Part shown: positions 57,947 through 64,000 of the stretch, piece by piece
Position numbering within the stretch: position 1 is the stretch's first letter
How the letters are laid out: each line of letters opens with the position of its first letter
Assembly (NCBI GenBank): GCA_963833225.1
Contig: CAWHXD010000019.1
Span: forward strand, 704,001 to 768,000
DNA length: 64,000 nt
DNA from: an uncultured Chloroflexia bacterium
GTDB lineage: Bacteria; Chloroflexota; Limnocylindria; Limnocylindrales; CSP1-4
Direction of reading: 5' to 3'
Translations under genes and position numbers: made by a program
The notes under the pieces: generated by a model
The model's input: only the letters and a program-made list of their open reading frames with translations
The model's database searches: none
What the model was told of the DNA's origin: nothing

Positions 57947-59548
57947 ATGAAGAGCGGATCGCAGAACCTCGCCGCGTTCACCCCTGGAGCGCCCTTGAGT
58001 CGCGTCATCGCCCTCACGGCCGCAGTCGGCCTGTCACTCGTTCTCACCGTGTCGGCTTCGGCTGCCGGGCCGGGCGTCACCGTGGTCCGCGAGAGGGCCG
58101 TCAGCGCGGCCCCGACGAGCAGCTCGAGCCGAACTCGGGAGCCGATCGTCGCCGCTCATCCGACGGATCCGACCCGGATCGCGGTGACCTATCCGCGGGG
58201 CGACAAGAGCCCGTCGAATGTCATCGCCATCTCGCATGACAGCGGCAAGACGTTCAAGGCCGCGGCCGGCAATCCAGCGGGCGGCGGCAATCACCCGGCG
58301 ATTGCCTGGGGCAAAGGCCCGAAGGCCGGCTCTGCGCGGCTGTACTACATGGCCTTGACCACGTCGGGCGGGCGTTGCTGCGTCTTTGCCATCTCGCACA
58401 GTGACAATGAGGGGCGGACCTGGTCCGCACCGTTCATCGCCCGGGGCACAACGCCATGGTTCGGCGGCTTCCCTGACCTCACGACCGACGACAACCCGGA
58501 GAGCCCCAACTACGGGACGGTGTACGCCGCCTACAACTGGCCGGCCAACCCGAGCAAGGGGCCGGGCCTGCGGCTGCTGGCTTCATCCGATTACGGCCGC
58601 ACGTTCCACGGCATCGAGGTCCCGGTCGCCAAGCCCAAAGCCGGGTACGGCGATACCTGGCGGATCGACTACCGCGTCGAGGCCGCGCCGGATGGCTCCG
58701 CCTACGTCGCCTTCTACCAGCGTGACGTCCGGTCGTGGAATATCGCCAGTCCCTTCTCCTACGGCGGGCTTTCGAATGTCGGCCGGATCGGCTTCTCGGT
58801 CGCCCACTTCACCTATCATCGCTCCACCGGGAGGTTCTCTCTCGGGCCCACGGTGATGGCGGCGAAGCTGCCGAGGACGGCCTGGAACATCGGCAGCGGG
58901 TCGCCGGTCTCGGGACTGACGGATCCGATGTGGAACTTCGGGCTCGACGTCGACCCGGAGACCGGGGCCGTCTACCTCGCGGTCGGGATCGACGGTGGTG
59001 TCCGGGTCTACCGGAGTACCAACAAGGGCGCCACCTGGGCCTACAGCGCCCTGCCGGCGGCGCGACCCGTGGCCGGACGCAAACAGAAGACGTTCCACCC
59101 GAACGTCGTGGCCGGTGACGGCTTCGTGCTGGTCACCCTGCATACCATCGACCGATCCGGTTCCGGGCGAACGGTGGGCAACGACTACGCCGTCTCGTTC
59201 GACCACGGCAAGACATGGACTCGCCCGAAGGCCATCAGCCCGAGCCGCTGGAAGACCAGGTACTTCTCGTCGACCTACAACGGGGTCGGTCTCCGCGAGC
59301 GCGCGGTCCTCACCGCCGACGGGAAGCACGTGTTCTGGGCGTATGGCGACGGGCGCATGGGCCACTACGGGTTCAGTCGCATCTACGGCACGTCGCTATT
59401 GGTCACGAAGCCGACACCCTCGCCCGACCCGACACCCTCGCCCGACCCGACACCCTCGCCCGACCCGACACCCTCGCCCGACCCGACACCCTCGCCCGAC
59501 CCGACACCCTCGCCCGACCCGACACCCTCGCCATCACCGGCTGGATAG
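57947..59548 (+). CDS. Secreted BNR/Asp-box beta-propeller (sialidase-like) protein
   Basis: Five Asp-boxes (SHDSGKTF, SDNEGRTW, SSDYGRTF, STNKGATW, SFDHGKTW); signal peptide; start uncertain. Confidence 0.8.
   Translation: MKSGSQNLAAFTPGAPLSRVIALTAAVGLSLVLTVSASAAGPGVTVVRERAVSAAPTSSSSRTREPIVAAHPTDPTRIAVTYPRGDKSPSNVIAISHDSGKTFKAAAGNPAGGGNHPAIAWGKGPKAGSARLYYMALTTSGGRCCVFAISHSDNEGRTWSAPFIARGTTPWFGGFPDLTTDDNPESPNYGTVYAAYNWPANPSKGPGLRLLASSDYGRTFHGIEVPVAKPKAGYGDTWRIDYRVEAAPDGSAYVAFYQRDVRSWNIASPFSYGGLSNVGRIGFSVAHFTYHRSTGRFSLGPTVMAAKLPRTAWNIGSGSPVSGLTDPMWNFGLDVDPETGAVYLAVGIDGGVRVYRSTNKGATWAYSALPAARPVAGRKQKTFHPNVVAGDGFVLVTLHTIDRSGSGRTVGNDYAVSFDHGKTWTRPKAISPSRWKTRYFSSTYNGVGLRERAVLTADGKHVFWAYGDGRMGHYGFSRIYGTSLLVTKPTPSPDPTPSPDPTPSPDPTPSPDPTPSPDPTPSPDPTPSPSPAG
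59411..59533 (+). repeat. Perfect 18-bp coding VNTR (PTPSPD) x ~6.8
   Basis: Unit CCGACACCCTCGCCCGAC. Confidence 0.95.
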
Positions 59549-59681
59549 CCAGCAACCCGAGCGAGCGCGACCGGCGCCGCTGGTGGTGAAGGTCAGATCG
59601 TTCGCCGACACATCGTTGCGGGGGTAGGTGAGGCGACCGCAATCGCCGACCTCGCCGACGCCCGCGCCCGCCAAGACGACA

Positions 59682-59713
59682 GAAGGCCGCCGTGGCGTGA
59701 CACGGCGGCCTTC
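59682..59713. terminator. Hairpin between convergent genes
   Basis: GAAGGCCGCCGTG-N6-CACGGCGGCCTTC 13-bp stem. Confidence 0.6.
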
Positions 59714-59768
59714 GGCCTATGACCATGGGCAGGGGGACTGCGGCCCTGGCCTCTGCCATGGACCAGGT

Positions 59769-60020
59769 TCATCTGGCGTGGCCGTCCCCGGCGGACTGCG
59801 CGGCTCGAGGAGGCGTGCGGTCCTGTGCGGCCGACTCCATCTTCGCCCGCAGCTGGACCGTCACCAGGTCGTACGTGATCCGGGCCCGGCCAAAGATCGG
59901 GTCGTGGAACATGACGCCAAACGTGGTGTTGACGCGCTCGGTCCCGATCACCCGCAGGTTGGCCGACTTGAGGGCGGCCTTGGCCTTGGAAACATCCTCT
60001 TCCAGCATCGTGCGCCACAC
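59769..60020 (-). CDS. Small hypothetical protein or fragment
   Basis: Protein-like composition and GC3 bias; no recognised motif. Confidence 0.35.
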   Translation of the reverse strand: MWRTMLEEDVSKAKAALKSANLRVIGTERVNTTFGVMFHDPIFGRARITYDLVTVQLRAKMESAAQDRTPPRAAQSAGDGHAR

Positions 60021-60145
60021 GATGCGACGCGGGCAGGATCACGTCATTACGAGGCGTCATCGCGGTGGCGGGCAGTGCGAGCGGCTGCCGCCGCCAGATT
60101 GCTGCGACATCCCGTAACGGCTGGCTCCACGATGCGAGCGGCGTC

Positions 60146-60796
60146 TCACTTTCCAGAGGCCGCCGGCCTCGCGTCGCGGACCGGGATGTCGAGCCAGCCC
60201 TCCTGGACCGCGCGGACCGCCAGCTCGGTTCGGGAGCGGGTCGAGGTCCGCGTGAAGATCCGCCCCAGCGCGGATTCGACGCTCTTGGTGGTGATGCCCA
60301 GCGCGAGCCCGATCTCGTCGTTCGAGGAGCCGTCGGCCAGGAGCCGCACGATCTGGACATCGCGGCGGGTGAGGTCCACCGGCTCGCTGCCGAGCCTTCG
60401 CCGGTCGAACACGAGGCCGCCTGCGGCCGCCTGCCGCACCGCGCGCAGGAGGTCCTCGGTCGGGGCGCTCTTGCCGACGAACCCGGCCGCACCGAGACGG
60501 ATCGCGGAGTGGAGGTACTGCGGGTAGTCGTACGCGGTCAGGACGACGACGGCGGTCTTAGCCGCGAGCTCCTCGACGATGGCAAGCCCGTTCTCGTCGC
60601 CGAGGCGGACGTCGAGCAGCACGACATCGGGCGGGGGATCGCCGGCCAAGAGGGCGCGCGCCGCTTCGAGGTCTGCCGCGACACCCGCGACCGCGAGGTC
60701 GGGCTCGCGCGCGAGGAGCGCGGCGGTCCCGTCGCGGAAGACGGGATGATCGTCGACCACCACGATGCGGATCGTCGGAGCCGATCCGCCGGACAT
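60146..60796 (-). CDS. NarL/LuxR response regulator
   Basis: VVVDDHP, VLLDVRL, VLTAYD, FVGKS, HTH SNDEIG...TKSVES. Confidence 0.9.
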   Translation of the reverse strand: MSGGSAPTIRIVVVDDHPVFRDGTAALLAREPDLAVAGVAADLEAARALLAGDPPPDVVLLDVRLGDENGLAIVEELAAKTAVVVLTAYDYPQYLHSAIRLGAAGFVGKSAPTEDLLRAVRQAAAGGLVFDRRRLGSEPVDLTRRDVQIVRLLADGSSNDEIGLALGITTKSVESALGRIFTRTSTRSRTELAVRAVQEGWLDIPVRDARPAASGK

Positions 60797-60813
60797 GGCG
60801 TCGGCACGCTCGG

Positions 60814-62238
60814 TCACGCCCTCGGTTCCTCCCACTCCAGCACAACGATCGTGCCTTGGCCCTCGCCGCGGCGCACCTCGAGGCTGGCCCCGATCTGCTC
60901 GGCGCGCTGCCCCATGCCGAGGATGCCCCGCCGCATGTCCTCCGGTGCCGAGAGGACGACGGGGGAGTCGAGCCCACGCCCATCGCCCGCGTCCTCGACC
61001 GTGAGCCGCAGGCGATCCGAGGCCGAGCGGCATCGAATGCGGACCGGCGGCCTGCCGTGGCGGACGGCGTTGCTCACGGCCTCCTGGGCGACGCGGAACG
61101 CGGCGAGCTCCACCGCGCGCGGTGCGCGCCCGTCGGCGGCCCAGTCGGCGGCGACGTCCAGGCCCGTCAGGCGCCTCACGCGCGCAGCCAGCCACTCGAC
61201 CGCCGGTCCCGCGCCCAGATCATCGAGGACCGGCAGCCGCAGGTCCCCGGACATCTCGCGGAGCTCGTCGGCGACGTCCCGGGCCAGCCGCGCGCCCTCG
61301 GCATCGTGGCGCGCCTCCAGGCTCCGGGCCAGGATGAGCAGGTCCTGGAGGGGCCCGTCGTGCAGGTCGGCCGCGAGACGCGCGCGCTCAGCCTCGCTCG
61401 CCGACAGGGCGAGGTCGCGCTGCGCAGCGGCGCGCGCCGAGATCGCGGCCAGGGGACGCACGGCCACCCGGAACGCGGCAAACACGGCCAGGGCCGCGAG
61501 CCCGACCAGCGGGAGCGCGTAGATCCACGGGACGAACAGCACGGACCCGGTGACGACGGGCCCGATGGCCACCACGAGCAGCGCCGCGTCCCCGAGGACC
61601 TCGCGAACCGGTCGGGCTCCCGGGGTCCGCCCGCGGCGCAGCAGGACGGTGAACGCCACGGCCGGCGGCCATGCCAGGACTGCGAGCACCATCAGCCGGG
61701 CAACCCACCCGGCGGCGGATGCGAACGCGGAGTCCGGTGCCGCCACTCGCCCCGCAACAGGCTCGGAGGAGCCGAATGGAAGGATGATCAGGAGAGCCGC
61801 GGCCAGGCCGATCGCGGGCACAGCGGCACGCGCGAGGTTGCCGCTGTCGCCGGGCGGGAGCCTCGCGATCGCGAGCACCATCGGGAGCGTCGCCGTGAGC
61901 AGGAACGCGCCTGCCATGCTCGTGAGGACGGGGGATTCGAGCGCGAGCACAGGCGCGAACAGCGGGTAGAGCGCGATCGGACCGACGAGCGCCGGGCACA
62001 CCCACGGGGCAACCGATGCGGGGAGCGGGTTCGGCCTCCTGAGCACCACGGCCGACCCGGCTGCCATGGTGATCGCGGTCCAGAGCACCGGGAGGCTGCT
62101 GCCGACCGGGGTCGGACCCGTCAGGAGGTACCCGGCGACGCCGACACCGAGGTACACGGCAGCAAGGAGCAGACCCGCGTCCACGCGGACGAGCGGGCCG
62201 GCCGTCGACGGGCGCGAGACCTCGGTCGCTGACGTCAT
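60814..62238 (-). CDS. Membrane histidine kinase (HisKA_3)
   Basis: ERARLAADLHDGPLQ, QEAVSNAVRH, VEDAGDG, GILGM..RA. Confidence 0.9.
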   Translation of the reverse strand: MTSATEVSRPSTAGPLVRVDAGLLLAAVYLGVGVAGYLLTGPTPVGSSLPVLWTAITMAAGSAVVLRRPNPLPASVAPWVCPALVGPIALYPLFAPVLALESPVLTSMAGAFLLTATLPMVLAIARLPPGDSGNLARAAVPAIGLAAALLIILPFGSSEPVAGRVAAPDSAFASAAGWVARLMVLAVLAWPPAVAFTVLLRRGRTPGARPVREVLGDAALLVVAIGPVVTGSVLFVPWIYALPLVGLAALAVFAAFRVAVRPLAAISARAAAQRDLALSASEAERARLAADLHDGPLQDLLILARSLEARHDAEGARLARDVADELREMSGDLRLPVLDDLGAGPAVEWLAARVRRLTGLDVAADWAADGRAPRAVELAAFRVAQEAVSNAVRHGRPPVRIRCRSASDRLRLTVEDAGDGRGLDSPVVLSAPEDMRRGILGMGQRAEQIGASLEVRRGEGQGTIVVLEWEEPRA

Positions 62239-62368
62239 CGGAGGTCACAGTAGCAGCGCGGCATGGGCTGGCGGCGAGTGAATCCCCTCGCGTGGCAGCG
62301 GGAGGCCACGACTGGTCACGCGGCAGCCCATCCGCCATGGTGGAGCCGTGCATGGAGGGACGCGGCCA

Positions 62369-63217
62369 GTGACCGAGACGGCGCTTGAGACCCGGGCCCT
62401 GACGAAGCGGTACCGGCGCGGCCGGGTGCAAGCCCTTGACAACGTCACCCTGGGCGTGCCGCGTGGCGCGTTCGTCGCCATGGTCGGGCCCAACGGCGCC
62501 GGCAAGTCCACTCTGATCCGCACCTTCCTTGGCTTCGAGCGCCCGACCGGCGGCAGCGCGCACGTCCTGGGCATCGACGTCCGCCGGGACACGCGGCGCG
62601 CGCTTGCGCAACTCGGCTACGTCGGCCAGGCGCCGGGGATCTACGCGGTGCTCACGGCGCGCCACCAGATCGAGGTGGCCGCCGAGCTGCGGCCGGGGTT
62701 CGACACCGACGGTGCGCTGCGGCGGCTGGCGGACGCCGGGATCCCGGACGATCGGCCGGCCGGCCAGCTCTCGGGTGGCCAGCAGGCCCAACTGGCCCTG
62801 ACGCTCGCCCTGGGCACGCGAGCGGCTGTGCTGCTCCTGGACGAGCCGCTCGCGAGCCTGGACCCGCTGGCCCGCCGGGAGTTCCTGGGCACGGTGGCTG
62901 TGGCAGTCGCAGGGGGGACCACCGTGCTCCTCTCGTCGCACATCGTGGGTGACCTGGACGAGGTGTGCGACCGGCTGATCGTGCTTGCGCCCGCGCGCGT
63001 CCAACTCGACGCCGAAATGTCATGGGCGCGCGCGCATCATCGGCTGATGCCGCTCGCGGACTCGGCCGGCATGGACGTGGTGGGCAGCTTCGCGAACCGG
63101 CGCGGCGTCCACACCGCGCTCGTGCGCACCGAGGATCCCGTAGCCGATCCCCCACGCCTGGACGACATCGTCCTCGGCTACCTGGCCGCCGGCCGCCGAC
63201 CGGGGGCCGCGGCATGA
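62369..63217 (+). CDS. ABC-2 type ATP-binding protein
   Basis: GPNGAGKST, LSGGQQAQ, LLLDEPLASLD, LSSH. Confidence 0.9.
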   Translation: MTETALETRALTKRYRRGRVQALDNVTLGVPRGAFVAMVGPNGAGKSTLIRTFLGFERPTGGSAHVLGIDVRRDTRRALAQLGYVGQAPGIYAVLTARHQIEVAAELRPGFDTDGALRRLADAGIPDDRPAGQLSGGQQAQLALTLALGTRAAVLLLDEPLASLDPLARREFLGTVAVAVAGGTTVLLSSHIVGDLDEVCDRLIVLAPARVQLDAEMSWARAHHRLMPLADSAGMDVVGSFANRRGVHTALVRTEDPVADPPRLDDIVLGYLAAGRRPGAAA

Positions 63218-64000
63218 GCGCCCGCATCCGCGCCGGCCTGCGGCTCCAGCGGTTCGAGATCCTCGCCAGCTTCGCCGCGGGCCTCGTGCTGGCCGCGTCG
63301 GCACTCGTCGTCTGGTTCAGGCTGACCGGGCTGCATGTCGAGGGCGGGTGCTTCCCCACGTCTGCGGGCCTGGCCGGGCTCGCGCCGTGCACCTTGGGCG
63401 CGGGCCGCGAGGCGGCCATGAATGCCTTCAACGAGATCACCAGCTCGGACGCCAACTCGGTCATGCTGGCGATGGCGGTCCTGCCTCTGCTGATCGGCAT
63501 GGTGCTGGGCGTGGGCGTGGTCGCGCCGGAGATCGAGGGTGGAACCGCCCCCTCGGTCTGGGTGCTCGCCCGGTCGCGCGCGCGATGGCTGTGGGGCCGC
63601 ATGCTGCCGTCGCTGGTGGCCGCTACGGCGGTGCTCGCCCTGCTGGCCGTGGCGTCGCAGGTCCTGTGGCTGGCGCAAGAGCCGTACCTGCCGAACCCTT
63701 GGCTCAACTTCTTTGACGCCAGCCTCCACGGGCCGATCCTGGTCGCGAAGGGCCTGGCGGCCTATGGCGTGGCGCTGCTGGTGGGCGCCCTGCTCGGCCG
63801 CACGCTGCCGGCGGTGATCCTCGCCACGGCGGTGATCTGGATCGCGCTGGCTGGGACGGGCAACGTCGCCCGGAGTCTCTGGATGCAGGCCGAGGCGCCG
63901 AACCATGTCGTGGCCGCAAACCCGAATGGGGATGTGCTGGCGTTTCCCGGGGGCGACATCATGGGAGGCGGCTGGCTCACGAGCGACGGTCGGAAGGTCA
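63214..64000 (+). CDS. ABC-2 permease (3' partial)
   Basis: ATGA overlap; open to the window end; LPLLIGMVLGVGVVAPEIEGGT motif and TM helices. Confidence 0.8.
   Translation, partial: MSARIRAGLRLQRFEILASFAAGLVLAASALVVWFRLTGLHVEGGCFPTSAGLAGLAPCTLGAGREAAMNAFNEITSSDANSVMLAMAVLPLLIGMVLGVGVVAPEIEGGTAPSVWVLARSRARWLWGRMLPSLVAATAVLALLAVASQVLWLAQEPYLPNPWLNFFDASLHGPILVAKGLAAYGVALLVGALLGRTLPAVILATAVIWIALAGTGNVARSLWMQAEAPNHVVAANPNGDVLAFPGGDIMGGGWLTSDGRKV

Noticed and set aside
59411-59533. CRISPR-like repeat
   Set aside because: In-frame coding VNTR without spacers.

Overview
High-GC (~70%+) bacterial window; gene style suggests a Chloroflexota/Actinomycetota-like organism (inference only). About 1-46.7 kb and 56.3-64 kb are mostly housekeeping or metabolic: cysC with three sulfotransferase-like paralogs, sufBD-Rieske, an ECF sigma/anti-sigma pair, two lgt genes, plsC, plsY, pckA, mdh, an S8 protease, a dispersed pyrimidine-catabolism set, a MacAB-like exporter, and a two-component system with an ABC transporter. 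The standout is a mobile island at ~47.9-56.2 kb containing five copies of a 27-28 bp inverted-repeat end (CAACTGCGCCACC..GTGTG.GAAACC). One perfect pair encloses an unusual ~700-aa Mutator/IS256-like DDE transposase fused to C-terminal treble-clef Zn-ribbon repeats. A second perfect pair, 10 bp away, encloses only a hipBA-type toxin-antitoxin module with no transposase. The Mutator-like gene is split by an IS256 (8-bp TSD), which is itself split by an IS110. The IS110 non-coding end contains readable bridge-RNA-type guides matching both its own circle junction and the IS256 codons it inserted into. Several starts were adjusted by hand from the ORF track, and product calls come from motif recognition, not database searches.
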